Source of the DNA: a virus
Lineage: Duplodnaviria; Caudoviricetes
Virus record (IMG/VR): IMGVR_UViG_3300044834_000021
Coordinates: 1 to 50,516 of that record
Length of the DNA stretch: 50,516 bases
Reading direction: 5' to 3' (one strand)
Position numbers and translations under genes: made by a program. Of the stretch, positions 15,174-24,479 are shown one piece after another (the stretch's first letter is position 1; every line of letters begins with the position of its first letter). A model generated the notes under the pieces. It had not been told where the DNA came from. It worked only from the letters and a program-made list of their open reading frames with translations, and ran no database searches.

Positions 15174-17534
15174 CTACTCCTCTACCGGCTCGATGCCGGT
15201 GACGACTCCGTGCTCATCGATCTTGGTCTTGTACGCCACGCGCTTCTTGCCGCCCTCAGTCTGCACCACGATCGGGCGTGAGGCCATCGCCTTGACGAGT
15301 TCGAGCACACGATCGCCGGTCTTCGCGTCCGCACTCGCGCGCGTGATCTCCTCGAAGGCGTGCCGATAGGTCTCGATGAGCGCGGCCTCGCGCGTCATCT
15401 GCGCCGCCTGCGTGCCGCGCACGTCCACGATCTGCTTCTTGATCTCGTCCCTCACGTGCAGCGCGCCCGTGCGGTAAAGGTCGTCGAGTTGCGTCTTGAG
15501 CGCGGCTTCGAGTTCGCCCGTGTCGAGGCCGAGCGCGTCGGCTTGCAGGATCGAGGGATCGCCCGCCTTGAGCGCACGCACCGCGCGCGCGGCGAGATCG
15601 CGAATGATCCGCTGCACCGGGGTCTCGGCCCCGTCCTTGATCTTGCCCTTCGCCTCCGCGAGGGTGCGGTCGAGCGCCTCGAAGTCCACGTAGGACTCGG
15701 GCTTGGTGAGCGCGCGCTTGGGCGACCACACGAACGGCATCGCCTCCTTCGGATAGGAGGTGTGGAGATCGCCCTGCGCGTCCTCGTTCATCGGCTCAAG
15801 CCCGCACATGAGGCAGCGCGGGTGCCCGTTGGCCGTGGTGAAGCGCGCGGAGTGGAAGGCGTGCGGGGCCTTCGCCTCGTCCATCGCGGCGTTGCGCGCG
15901 ATCTGCGCGTTCTCGCTCGCGTAGTCGGACGCGACCGTGAGGAGCGGCACGAGCGGGCCGGTCTCGGTCGCGGGATCGGGCACCTCATGCGCCGCCGGGC
16001 GGCCGTCGAGTTCCGCGTCGAGTTCGCTCCTGACCGCGTACCTGCGCGTGCGCCGCCTGTTGAGGCGCGCACCGGGCGGCGCGGGCGACATCGGCTGCCC
16101 CTTCGTGGCGCTCGGGTTGGTGGCGGCTCCGCTCGGTGGCTGACCGGGCGGCGTCGTCGCGCCTCCGAGTTGCGGCATCGTGTCTTGCACGCCGGGCGGC
16201 ATCATCCCGGCGGGCATCTCCGGCCGGATCACGTCGCCGTTCGCATCGCGCGGCAGGAGCGGGAGGCCGTTCATCTCGCGGAGGTCGTCCTCGATGTCGT
16301 CGTCGGGCGTGATGAGGCCCGCGTTCGCGGCGTTCGCGAGACCCGACAGGAGTTCGACCGCCTTGCGGGTCTCGATCTTGGTGACCTTGAGTTTTGGGTA
16401 CTCCTTTACGCCCGCGTAGTTGTAATCAACCCACCGAGGAATGAGGTGCCGGTTGATGATGTCGCACACGTAGTCGCCGATCGACTGCTCGACCATGAGG
16501 AAGAGGCCCGACTGATCGGCGCTGAGTGCCCACGACCCCACGTCGTTCGAGCCGAGCGTGAGGAATTGTTCGAGCATCGCGACCGCGATCATGCGGTCGT
16601 GGTGCTGAATCATCGGCAGGAGGTCCATCTGCTGCCCGCCGCCCTGCGAGGACGTGATGAGCGAGAAGAGATACCCGGCGGGCCACACGACGTAGCCGCG
16701 CTCATGCGCGCGCAGGCTCGCGAGGATGTTCTCCGCCTTGCGCACGTTGTCATCGTCGCTTTGATCCGGCGGTAGCGTGACGCTCGGGATGCCGACGCCC
16801 CACCGCTCGGCCGCCATCGCCTGAATGCGGTAGAGCGTGTCCTTGATCCACCAATGCTTGTACGCCGGGCGCAGGACGGAGAGACCCATCCAATCCGCGC
16901 CCTCCTTCTCGTTCACGAACACGAGCAGGCGGCCGATGTCGATGTCGATGTTCTCGAAGCCGCGCGATCCATACGTGGACTGCGTGACGGTTTCGAGGCC
17001 GCCGTCGTCGGCCGTGTTGAACTTGAGGATCGTCTTCTGCAAGCGCGGCGCGAGTTTGCGGAGCATGAACTTTTGCTCGCCGTCTACATCGCGCACCTCG
17101 AACACGGTCTCGAACACGCCGAAGCCGAAGGGCAGGAACGAGAGGATTTGCCTGAGCGTGTCCTGCCATGAGGTCGTGAGGCCCTCGAAGAGACCGTCCT
17201 CGATCTCTTCGCCGATCTCGGTGTTCTTCTCATCGTCGTCGGCGGGCACGATCTCCCACTCGGCGGAGAGGAGCGGCATCATGAGGCCGCGCAACACCGC
17301 CTTCACCATGCCGTCCGATCGGCGCATCTTGTCAAAGGTGCGCAGCCCGGAGAGGCCGGTGAGTTCCGGCACGTACTCGTCGGTGGCGATGAAGCCGTGG
17401 AAGGCTTGGGTGCCGGTGCGGCCGCGCTCGCCGAGTGGTGCGCTCGGACGCCGGACACTCTCCTGCATCGGGATCACCTTGCGGCCCTCGGGATCGCGCG
17501 CGATGTGCGCGGCGTTGATGTCGCGCACGGCCAC
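15174..17534 (-). CDS. Portal protein (Mu gp29/DUF935-like) with long C-terminal extension
   Basis: FGFGVFETV, GLSVLRPAYKHW, AERWGVGIP, GSWALS, INRHLIPRWVDYNY. Followed by a Pro-rich linker and a helical gpF-N-like region. Directly follows TerL. Confidence 0.9.
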   Translation of the reverse strand: MAVRDINAAHIARDPEGRKVIPMQESVRRPSAPLGERGRTGTQAFHGFIATDEYVPELTGLSGLRTFDKMRRSDGMVKAVLRGLMMPLLSAEWEIVPADDDEKNTEIGEEIEDGLFEGLTTSWQDTLRQILSFLPFGFGVFETVFEVRDVDGEQKFMLRKLAPRLQKTILKFNTADDGGLETVTQSTYGSRGFENIDIDIGRLLVFVNEKEGADWMGLSVLRPAYKHWWIKDTLYRIQAMAAERWGVGIPSVTLPPDQSDDDNVRKAENILASLRAHERGYVVWPAGYLFSLITSSQGGGQQMDLLPMIQHHDRMIAVAMLEQFLTLGSNDVGSWALSADQSGLFLMVEQSIGDYVCDIINRHLIPRWVDYNYAGVKEYPKLKVTKIETRKAVELLSGLANAANAGLITPDDDIEDDLREMNGLPLLPRDANGDVIRPEMPAGMMPPGVQDTMPQLGGATTPPGQPPSGAATNPSATKGQPMSPAPPGARLNRRRTRRYAVRSELDAELDGRPAAHEVPDPATETGPLVPLLTVASDYASENAQIARNAAMDEAKAPHAFHSARFTTANGHPRCLMCGLEPMNEDAQGDLHTSYPKEAMPFVWSPKRALTKPESYVDFEALDRTLAEAKGKIKDGAETPVQRIIRDLAARAVRALKAGDPSILQADALGLDTGELEAALKTQLDDLYRTGALHVRDEIKKQIVDVRGTQAAQMTREAALIETYRHAFEEITRASADAKTGDRVLELVKAMASRPIVVQTEGGKKRVAYKTKIDEHGVVTGIEPVEE

Positions 17535-17541
17535 TAGCGGA

Positions 17542-19002
17542 TCACCATTGCTTCGTCAGGAGACCGGCGGTCTCGGGTCGGCTGCGATCGCGGCGTACCG
17601 ATGTGTCGCCTGCCGGTGCCCGCAGGGGTCGGGTCCGACCGAAGGCCGAGAGACCCATCGCGAGGTAGCGGAGAGCATCGGCTTCGTCGTCGTCCTTCTT
17701 CACCAACTGCTCCTTGCCGGTGCCTTCGGCCCATCGCGCGCGCTCGACGCCTGCTACCACTTTCGGGCAACGGCCTCGCAGGAAGAGTAGGCGACGTTGT
17801 TGCAGGCGTCCATAGACTTCTGCGACCCCGCCCTTTATGTCGTTGATCTTGATTTTCGCGAGGCCGGGGATGATCTTCGCGCTCGGCAGATCGTCGCCGG
17901 TCGTGACCGGCAGGCGATGCACGGTGCGCAACTCGTTGATGATCTGCGCCGCGCTCGGGTCCGCGAAGATGAGGCGCGGCCGCCGCGTGAGGATCACGCG
18001 CGCGACATCGCTCACGCTCATGCCGGACTCGACGTGCTCGCGGAAGATGTACAGGCGATTGGTCTCGGGACTCCATGCACCCCACACGATCGCGGTCGGG
18101 TGAGCCGACCCGAAGTCGAGACCCATGTACACGTGCCACCCCGGTAGCGGCTCGAACTCCTCGATCACGTGAACGTCCTCGTCGAAGTTCGGCCACGCCG
18201 CGCCCTCGGGCTTGGACAGGAGACCGAGGTAGAACATCGCGAAGCGCCACCACGGCTCGGTCTCCATGAGGCGCTCGAACTCCTTGCGCGGGTACATGGG
18301 ATTCATGACCGACGGGAAGTGAATGACCTCGATCTCGGGGTCGGCCTTGCGCCGGAAGTCCTGCACCACCTGCAACGTCCACCCCTCGCTCACATAGGGC
18401 GTGGTCGTGACGAGCAGATCGCCGAGGTGGAAGGCGAGACGACGCAGGACCGTGGAGTGCGTCTTGTCGTCGATCTGCCCGCCCTCATCCACCCACGCGG
18501 CGCGGTAGTGCACACCCTCGATCGAGCCGGGGTTGTCGAGCGAGCGGAAGCGGATGAGGATGCCGCCCTTGAGGTGCCACGTCTTCGTCGATCGCACGAA
18601 GCCGTCCTTGCCGTCGCCGTAGCGCGGATCGCCGAGACGGCGCAGCCACGGCGCGAGTTCGGCGTAGGCCGGGAACAGGAGGTCGGTGGTCGGAGCCGCG
18701 ACGAGGAAGTTGCGCGTGCGCAGCGGCCACCCCATCGCCTTCTTGATCCGTGGTAAGAGCCAATGCGGGCCGATCGTTGTCTTACCACCGCCGGAGCCTG
18801 CGAACAGGTACGTGCGGCGCGCTTTGGAAAGGAGCGCGCGCCGCTGCCCGTCGTGTATCCGCACCGGCACGATCTCGCGGTTGGGATCGCTGACTCGGTA
18901 GCCCTGCTTTTGGAGCGCGAGCCTGATCTCCTCATCGGAGTAGTCCTCCCATGAGAGCGCGCCGAGATCGACGGTCTTCTTCGTTCTAGGCACCGGCATC
19001 AC
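17542..19002 (-). CDS. terL: Terminase large subunit
   Basis: Walker A GSGGGKT, Walker B WVDEGG, TTTP, nuclease GLDFGSAHPTA, FADPSA, DDEADALRY. Confidence 0.95.
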   Translation of the reverse strand: MMPVPRTKKTVDLGALSWEDYSDEEIRLALQKQGYRVSDPNREIVPVRIHDGQRRALLSKARRTYLFAGSGGGKTTIGPHWLLPRIKKAMGWPLRTRNFLVAAPTTDLLFPAYAELAPWLRRLGDPRYGDGKDGFVRSTKTWHLKGGILIRFRSLDNPGSIEGVHYRAAWVDEGGQIDDKTHSTVLRRLAFHLGDLLVTTTPYVSEGWTLQVVQDFRRKADPEIEVIHFPSVMNPMYPRKEFERLMETEPWWRFAMFYLGLLSKPEGAAWPNFDEDVHVIEEFEPLPGWHVYMGLDFGSAHPTAIVWGAWSPETNRLYIFREHVESGMSVSDVARVILTRRPRLIFADPSAAQIINELRTVHRLPVTTGDDLPSAKIIPGLAKIKINDIKGGVAEVYGRLQQRRLLFLRGRCPKVVAGVERARWAEGTGKEQLVKKDDDEADALRYLAMGLSAFGRTRPLRAPAGDTSVRRDRSRPETAGLLTKQW

Positions 19003-19207
19003 GCAGTCGCTTGCGCGCGGCCGCCTCGACCATCGCTTGAAGGAACTCGTTGGAGGGATCGCGCGGCTCGCTCCCGATGTCGATGTCCACGCAGCGCCAC
19101 CCGGCGGCTTCGAGTTCGCGCTCGTTGCGGTCGAACATCCACTCCGGGTAGACGCGCCCGGTCGGCGGGATGCGTTGATCGAACTCGCCGCCGGGCTTGA
19201 GGCTCAC
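18986..19207 (-). CDS. Hypothetical protein
   Basis: 73 aa; coupled overlaps with its neighbours. Confidence 0.5.
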   Translation of the reverse strand: MSLKPGGEFDQRIPPTGRVYPEWMFDRNERELEAAGWRCVDIDIGSEPRDPSNEFLQAMVEAAARKRLRDAGA

Positions 19208-19680
19208 AGGAGCGCGACCTGTCCCGACGCCTCCATGCGTGCCGTCTTCGCGATCGCGGCCCGCTCCTTCGCCTCGCGCGCGGTCTTGAGCGCGTGGCAG
19301 TCACGACACAGGAGTTGAAGATTGAAGGGGAGCCACCACTTGTGTTCGAGCCTCTCGGTCGCGCTCAGGCTCCACAGGGGCTTGACGTGTTCGAGTTCGA
19401 GCGGATAGATGAGGCCCTCGCCGCGCTTACGACACTCCCAACAAATGCGACCGTGCGCCTTGACCAAGAGCGAGATCGCGTTCTGCGGGAACGCGATGTA
19501 GTGCCACATCTCGACGCACGCGGGGTGCCACCATCCCCGCTTGCCGGGCGCGATCTCGCCACACATGGGGCAGACCTTCCGGCCGTCTCGATACGGCGCG
19601 GCCTCGAAGGGTGGTCGTGGGGGCCGCCGAGTCTCGGCCCGGAGTTCCGCGCGCCTGCGCAGTTCGGCGTAGTCGATCAC
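19204..19680 (-). CDS. HNH endonuclease
   Basis: CWEC...LELEHVKPL...NLQLLCRDCHALKT; located beside the terminase genes. Confidence 0.85.
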   Translation of the reverse strand: MIDYAELRRRAELRAETRRPPRPPFEAAPYRDGRKVCPMCGEIAPGKRGWWHPACVEMWHYIAFPQNAISLLVKAHGRICWECRKRGEGLIYPLELEHVKPLWSLSATERLEHKWWLPFNLQLLCRDCHALKTAREAKERAAIAKTARMEASGQVALL

Positions 19681-19928
19681 GCGAGCACGCTGCCCGCTAC
19701 GTGCAGCGCCACCGCCTTCCGGTGGAGCCGCTCGCACTCGGCGCAGTAGGTCGCGAAGACGCGCGTGACGACGTAGGTCGTGATCCCCTCGAAGCCCGGC
19801 ATCGGCACCGCGACCCGCTCGCCCTCCTTGACGTGCTCCATCACGAGCGTCCGCGCACCTGCGAGTGGACCGTCGAGGAGCAGGATGCGCGTCTCGGGAG
19901 AGCATTCGAGACGCGGCATCGTGCTCAC
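19677..19928 (-). CDS. Hypothetical protein
   Basis: LLDGPLAG motif; GTGA overlaps. Confidence 0.55.
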   Translation of the reverse strand: MSTMPRLECSPETRILLLDGPLAGARTLVMEHVKEGERVAVPMPGFEGITTYVVTRVFATYCAECERLHRKAVALHVAGSVLA

Positions 19929-20308
19929 GGTCGGCTCGGTGTGGTGGTGACGGGCGGGATGAGAGGCGCAGTTCTAAGTATTGATGGCGATACTTGGAAA
20001 CTCGGGGCAGGCGCGATCGTGCTCGGGCCGCACCGCGCGAACAACGTGCCCACGATCACGATGAGGAGCAGGGCGTACACGAGCACGAACGCGCCGCACG
20101 AACGGTTGGCCTCGACCGTGACGCGCTTGATCGGCACGCCACTCGACGCGAAGCGTTGCCCATTCGAGATGCGCTGCGCGATCTGCGCGACCGAGAGGAG
20201 TTGCTCCTTGCGGATGCGATCGATGAGCGCGCGCGCCTCCACATAGGAGATGTCGTGCGAGGCCGCGATCGAGATGGCGAGGAGTTGCGTCTGCTCGTCG
20301 TCTCTCAT
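19925..20308 (-). CDS. Membrane protein
   Basis: TM segment AFVLVYALLLIVIVGTLF and a Pro/Thr tail. Confidence 0.55.
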   Translation of the reverse strand: MRDDEQTQLLAISIAASHDISYVEARALIDRIRKEQLLSVAQIAQRISNGQRFASSGVPIKRVTVEANRSCGAFVLVYALLLIVIVGTLFARCGPSTIAPAPSFQVSPSILRTAPLIPPVTTTPSRP

Positions 20309-20381
20309 GCGCGGCTCACGGCGTAGAGGACTAGGCCGATGACGACGGCGGTCCACGGCCGATCGAGAAGCCACCGCTCGA

Positions 20382-20954
20382 TCATGCCCGGCCCGCCCTT
20401 TCCTGCACCCGCTTCTCGATCTCGGCCATCTCCTTCGGGTCGCGGTTGCTCGCGAGGTACACGATCTCGAACTCGGTCGGCGCGATCTCGCCCTCGGCCG
20501 CCGCACCGGCCGGGCCTCCGCCGGTCTGCCGGAGGAACTCGTCGGGCACGAGCGACTCAAGCGCGCGCGAGGCCGCGATCCAATTGCCCGGCACGTGCTC
20601 CATGAGCGGCACCGGCTTGCCGTTCTTCTCCTCGAACATCGGGTTGCCCTGCTTGTCGCGCATGACGACCTCGTGCCCGAGCGCCGCGTCCTTGATCGTC
20701 GAGTACAACTTCGAGGCGAGGCGGCCGCGCGCCTTTTCTACGGCGTGCCACAAATGCCGGATATTGGGATGCGCCTTCTCGTCCTCACCCTGAGCGAGCC
20801 ACCTGTACCACGTGCGCTTCGGGACGCCGCAGGCGCGCGCGGCTGATAGCGGGAACGTGCCCTGCTCGATGAGGTTCACGATCTCGGCGACGAGTTCATG
20901 GCTCAGATCGACGGGGCCGGGTGGCCTGCCACGGCCCCGTGTCGCGGTCGCTAT
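20382..20954 (-). CDS. terS: Terminase small subunit (HTH); probable non-canonical ATA start
   Basis: RGRGRPPGPVDLSHELVAEIVNLI...AARACGVPKRTWYRWL...NWIAASRALE. The first canonical start (GTG 20879) removes the GRP motif. Confidence 0.75.
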   Translation of the reverse strand: MATATRGRGRPPGPVDLSHELVAEIVNLIEQGTFPLSAARACGVPKRTWYRWLAQGEDEKAHPNIRHLWHAVEKARGRLASKLYSTIKDAALGHEVVMRDKQGNPMFEEKNGKPVPLMEHVPGNWIAASRALESLVPDEFLRQTGGGPAGAAAEGEIAPTEFEIVYLASNRDPKEMAEIEKRVQERAGRA

Positions 20955-20967
20955 GGCCGCGAGCGTA

Positions 20968-21108
20968 CTACGTGGGTGACGCCCCGTCGTGCGCGTCGAT
21001 CCACTTGATCCACGCGCGCTTGCGACCGGCGCACCCGCACCCCTCGGGCGATGGCACGCGGTCGAGCACCCATCGCGCGATCCTTAGCAGGAAGTACGGG
21101 CGCAGCAT
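20968..21108 (-). CDS. Small protein with CGC..RK motif (46 aa)
   Basis: MLRPYFLL...EGCGCAGRKRAWIKW. Confidence 0.5.
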   Translation of the reverse strand: MLRPYFLLRIARWVLDRVPSPEGCGCAGRKRAWIKWIDAHDGASPT

Positions 21109-21230
21109 CGCGTACAGCCGTAGATGTTCTTGTGGACGTTCGGCGCGCTCGGATACGAGCACGTGCCGAGGACCGTCGATCCCCAAGCGTGACCGAAGAC
21201 ACACATCCACCCGTTCCAACATGACCCCAT
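21084..21230 (-). CDS. Cys-rich peptide (48 aa, 7 Cys)
   Basis: SD AGAAGGAG; TACGCT -10 box at 21272-21277. Confidence 0.5.
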   Translation of the reverse strand: MGSCWNGWMCVFGHAWGSTVLGTCSYPSAPNVHKNIYGCTRCCARTSC

Positions 21231-21307
21231 TGCTTGCTCCTTCTGCGCGCTGATCGCGCGCCGCTGCATGGAGCGTAGTCGCGCGGGCTAGATCGATGCG
21301 GTCTCGA

Positions 21308-21508
21308 TCACGGCGGGAAGTCGCGCGGGCCGGACTTGCCCCTCGCCTTGAGCGCGCTCACCGCTCGGTCGATCGCCGCGTCGGTCGCGACCACGCAGCC
21401 CGCCGCCCGGCATTGCGGCGTCTCGTCGTGGACGCGGAAGAGATCGCCCTCGACGCCGACCTCAAGCATCGCGCGCGGCTTCTTCTCGGTGCGCTCCATC
21501 GTCTTCAC
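21308..21508 (-). CDS. Hypothetical protein
   Basis: GTGA-coupled small ORF. Confidence 0.5.
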   Translation of the reverse strand: MKTMERTEKKPRAMLEVGVEGDLFRVHDETPQCRAAGCVVATDAAIDRAVSALKARGKSGPRDFPP

Positions 21509-21711
21509 GTCGTCGCCTCCGGCGGGAACGGGTGGCCGGTCGTCTTGCACCACTCCTCGTAGGTCATGCCGTCGATCTCCCTCACCATCTTCCCCTTCGC
21601 GTAGGTATCGCACACGCTGATCTTGGTCTTGTGCTCCTTGCAGCACGTGGCCCCGAAGATGTGGACCGCGCGCTTGGGCCGGTCGAAGTGCAGCCATGCC
21701 TCGTCTCTCAC
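21505..21711 (-). CDS. Hypothetical protein
   Basis: GTGA-coupled small ORF. Confidence 0.5.
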   Translation of the reverse strand: MRDEAWLHFDRPKRAVHIFGATCCKEHKTKISVCDTYAKGKMVREIDGMTYEEWCKTTGHPFPPEATT

Positions 21712-21944
21712 GTCGGGAGCCGCTCGCCGCGCGCGAGCATCCGCGCCCGGTCCTCGGGGTCGTACCTGCGGCACGGCCGGTTGTCGAAGTAGTGCACGGT
21801 GATGGTCGCCGAGGCGGCGTCCTCATCGGGGGTCTTCGCGAGATCGAACGACCCCACCTGCCGGGGCGCGGGGATGCCCGGCTCGTCCTTCTTCTGCGCC
21901 ACCGCGAGCGCGCCGCACGTGCAGCGCCCCGTCGCTCCCGCCAC
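21708..21944 (-). CDS. Hypothetical protein
   Basis: TAGTG-coupled; CTCG motif. Confidence 0.5.
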   Translation of the reverse strand: MAGATGRCTCGALAVAQKKDEPGIPAPRQVGSFDLAKTPDEDAASATITVHYFDNRPCRRYDPEDRARMLARGERLPT

Positions 21945-22141
21945 TACTTCACCACCGTCGGCTGCGTGTACCGCAGCGCGATCTCCGTGCCGTTGCACAT
22001 GAAGTCGCCGAGTTTGCGTGCAGGCTCACCGGGCACGCGGTCCAAGATCGCGAGGGTGTGGCACGAGCACCGCACCCATTGCTTCTCGGTGGTCACGAAC
22101 GTCTCGATGATCCGGTGGCCGACGCGCGGCTCATGCGACAC
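21944..22141 (-). CDS. Hypothetical protein
   Basis: 65 aa ORF in a coupled chain. Confidence 0.5.
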   Translation of the reverse strand: MSHEPRVGHRIIETFVTTEKQWVRCSCHTLAILDRVPGEPARKLGDFMCNGTEIALRYTQPTVVK

Positions 22142-22406
22142 CGGCCCGCTCCTTCGCCTTCGCGAGCACCGTCATGCTCACGAGGGGCGTTGTGGGGATC
22201 ATCGGCCCACAGGCTTCGCCGAGTGCGTCCAGATTCCCCGGTCGGATGTGCGCTCGGATCGTCGTACCTCCGTAGGTCTTGGTCGTGACGAACTGCGTGT
22301 CGCAGATGAAGCGCCGCTCGCACGCCGCGCACTCCCACGCCTGCGTGTGATGTTGACGAAAGCAGGCCGGGCACGACCGCATCCCCTCACGCGCTTCGCC
22401 GCTCAT
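22131..22406 (-). CDS. Zn-finger hypothetical protein
   Basis: CPAC...CAAC. Confidence 0.55.
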   Translation of the reverse strand: MSGEAREGMRSCPACFRQHHTQAWECAACERRFICDTQFVTTKTYGGTTIRAHIRPGNLDALGEACGPMIPTTPLVSMTVLAKAKERAGVA

Positions 22407-22448
22407 GGCGCTACATCATGGAGCAGGCGAGCGAGCGTGTCACGACCC

Positions 22449-22847
22449 TCAGTCATGCTCCTCGGCCTGCGGCGCGAAGATGCCCGTGCGATCGAGCGCG
22501 TCCGTTTCGCGCACGGGCGGAGCCGGTGGACGGTCTTCGAGGAGCGCGGCGGCCGCATCGATCGCGGGTTGCAGGATGTAGGTCCGCAGGATCGTCGGGT
22601 TGCCTTCCGCCGCCTCGTCGTTGAACGCCTTGACGATCTCGACGAGCGCATCGCGCAGCCGCGCGCGCTCGGTCGGCACGGTCGCCTCGGGCACGAAGCA
22701 CGGTCGCCCCATCCGGTGCCCCGCCGCCGTGATCGCCTCGCGCCACACGTCGAGCGTGCGGATCGTCTGCTTGCCTCGGAGCGACATCTCGCCGCACCCG
22801 CACGCCGCCTCGGCGTCGAACGTGAACACGTCGTCCTTATCCCTCAT
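22449..22847 (-). CDS. Hypothetical protein
   Basis: ATG 22847; CGCG motif. Confidence 0.55.
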   Translation of the reverse strand: MRDKDDVFTFDAEAACGCGEMSLRGKQTIRTLDVWREAITAAGHRMGRPCFVPEATVPTERARLRDALVEIVKAFNDEAAEGNPTILRTYILQPAIDAAAALLEDRPPAPPVRETDALDRTGIFAPQAEEHD

Positions 22848-23175
22848 CGCCCAACCTTTCCAACAGGCTCCGCACGAGCCGCCTCGCCTCTTGCCGGACC
22901 TTCGTGATGTGCTCGGCCTTGTCCGCGACCGCGATCCCGACCGGGGCCTCGACCGTGCTCCACCTCTTGCCGCACGCGCCGCACCCACGCCGCCGGTTGA
23001 CCACCACGCCGTCCTCGGCGACTCGACTGTTCGTCACGTGGACCGGGCTGCCCCCGCAGTACGGGCAGCGGCCGTTCGGCTCGCGCCTGCCGCCGTGCTC
23101 CTTGCGCTCGCGCGCGTCACGCCGGTCCATCTCCTGCGTGTCGAGGCCGTGAGACATCGGTTGCTCACGCGCCAC
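22837..23175 (-). CDS. NrdR-like N-terminal Zn-ribbon protein (no ATP cone)
   Basis: CPYCG...VTNSR...RRRGCGACGKRWSTVE matches the NrdR ribbon pattern. Confidence 0.75.
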   Translation of the reverse strand: MAREQPMSHGLDTQEMDRRDARERKEHGGRREPNGRCPYCGGSPVHVTNSRVAEDGVVVNRRRGCGACGKRWSTVEAPVGIAVADKAEHITKVRQEARRLVRSLLERLGDEG

Positions 23176-23532
23176 CTAGAGCGGCACATCGCGCAGGAGG
23201 CGGCGCGCGATCTGCTCGAAGTCGGCGGGCCACCACACGTAGACCTCAAGCGCGCCGCTCGATCCGCGCGCCACCATCCGGCCTGCGCTGATCCACTTGT
23301 CCTGCTCGGTCGTGGTCTTGCCGCCCTTCTTCTTGAGTTCGGCGTGAATCTCGACGCCGCCCCGGATCATCACGCAGTCGTAGAAGCCTGCCGACGAATG
23401 CCGGGAGTCATGCGTGTGATAGAACAGCCACCCGCCCTCGATCGCAAGACGGCGCACGTGGTCGGTGAAGTCGCGTTCGAGGATGTCGGGATCGAGGACG
23501 TAGACCGAGAAGTCGCGCGCGATCGCGCTCAC
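23176..23532 (-). CDS. VRR-NUC / PD-(D/E)xK nuclease (putative Holliday junction resolvase)
   Basis: LERDF...HTHDSRHS.AGFYD...AELKKKGGKTTTEQDKW. Confidence 0.8.
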   Translation of the reverse strand: MSAIARDFSVYVLDPDILERDFTDHVRRLAIEGGWLFYHTHDSRHSSAGFYDCVMIRGGVEIHAELKKKGGKTTTEQDKWISAGRMVARGSSGALEVYVWWPADFEQIARRLLRDVPL

Positions 23533-23723
23533 GACAAGATGCTCGCCATATCGACGACCTCGAACGGGCCGGGCCAAATCGTCTTCGCGAACGCGATGAG
23601 CGTGGCCTCGTGCTCATCGCAGGCGACGACGCACACCTCGCCCCGGAAGAGGATGGCCTTCTTCGGGAGGGCGTGGCACTCGTCGGCCTCGCACGCGCCG
23701 TCGCGCCTCACGTCGCGCCTCAC
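23529..23723 (-). CDS. Hypothetical Cys-containing protein
   Basis: GTGA-coupled. Confidence 0.5.
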   Translation of the reverse strand: MRRDVRRDGACEADECHALPKKAILFRGEVCVVACDEHEATLIAFAKTIWPGPFEVVDMASILS

Positions 23724-23983
23724 GCGAGACCACGCGGGTAGATCGGCACCGAGAGATCGCCATAGCCCTCGGGCACCTGCACCTCAACGCCGCAGTTCGA
23801 GCACCGGGCGTACCACAGGCTAGGCACGCCATACGCGCCCTTCGCCACCACCATGAGATCGCCGTGCCGCGTCGTACCGTCGAGGCACGTGATGCGTGGC
23901 TTCCCGTCCTCGATCACGATGTCCAACTCGCGCCCATTGACGAGGTACATGGCGCGGCCGCCGCGCATCACGACCTCACCCAT
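23720..23983 (-). CDS. Hypothetical Zn-ribbon protein
   Basis: CSNCG; overlaps the upstream gene. Confidence 0.5.
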   Translation of the reverse strand: MGEVVMRGGRAMYLVNGRELDIVIEDGKPRITCLDGTTRHGDLMVVAKGAYGVPSLWYARCSNCGVEVQVPEGYGDLSVPIYPRGLA

Positions 23984-24479
23984 TCCGGTGCTCGATGTTC
24001 CACGCGATCGCGGCGTCGGCCACGCCACCGTCGAGCCACTCGCCCGAGAAGCCGGTGAGCGCCGCGATCGGGATGGCGACCATGACCTCCTGATCGTTCG
24101 CCGATCCGGGCCGGGGCTTGCGGCCGCCGATGTAGCGCGTCTCGACCCTGCGCACCTTCTCGACTTCGATCCACCACACGCTGCGATCGACGAGCATCAC
24201 GAACACGAGAACGCCCTTGACCCCGTAGCGTTGCGCGAGGTCTTCGAGCGCCCTGATCTTCTTCTCCGCGATCTCCACCGAGAGTGAGTCGAGGTACTTG
24301 CGCGTGCGGCCCTTGACCTCGACCACCATCTGCTCGCCGTCGCGCTTCTCGATCGCGTAGTCGGCGGCCTCGAACTCGGGGAGGCGACGGAAGCGGTCGA
24401 GGCCCCACGCGCGCCGCATGATCGAGAGGACCGCGTGCTCGGTCGCCTTGCTCGTCTCGTTCTCGAAGGTCGTCGTCAT
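23976..24479 (-). CDS. PD-(D/E)xK restriction-like endonuclease fold protein
   Basis: ADYAI...VVEVKGR. Confidence 0.65.
   Translation of the reverse strand: MTTTFENETSKATEHAVLSIMRRAWGLDRFRRLPEFEAADYAIEKRDGEQMVVEVKGRTRKYLDSLSVEIAEKKIRALEDLAQRYGVKGVLVFVMLVDRSVWWIEVEKVRRVETRYIGGRKPRPGSANDQEVMVAIPIAALTGFSGEWLDGGVADAAIAWNIEHRNG

Noticed and set aside
9104-15300. Intron or intein explaining the portal/MuF split
   Set aside because: No group I/II intron or intein motifs are seen, and the interval holds ordinary genes on both strands.
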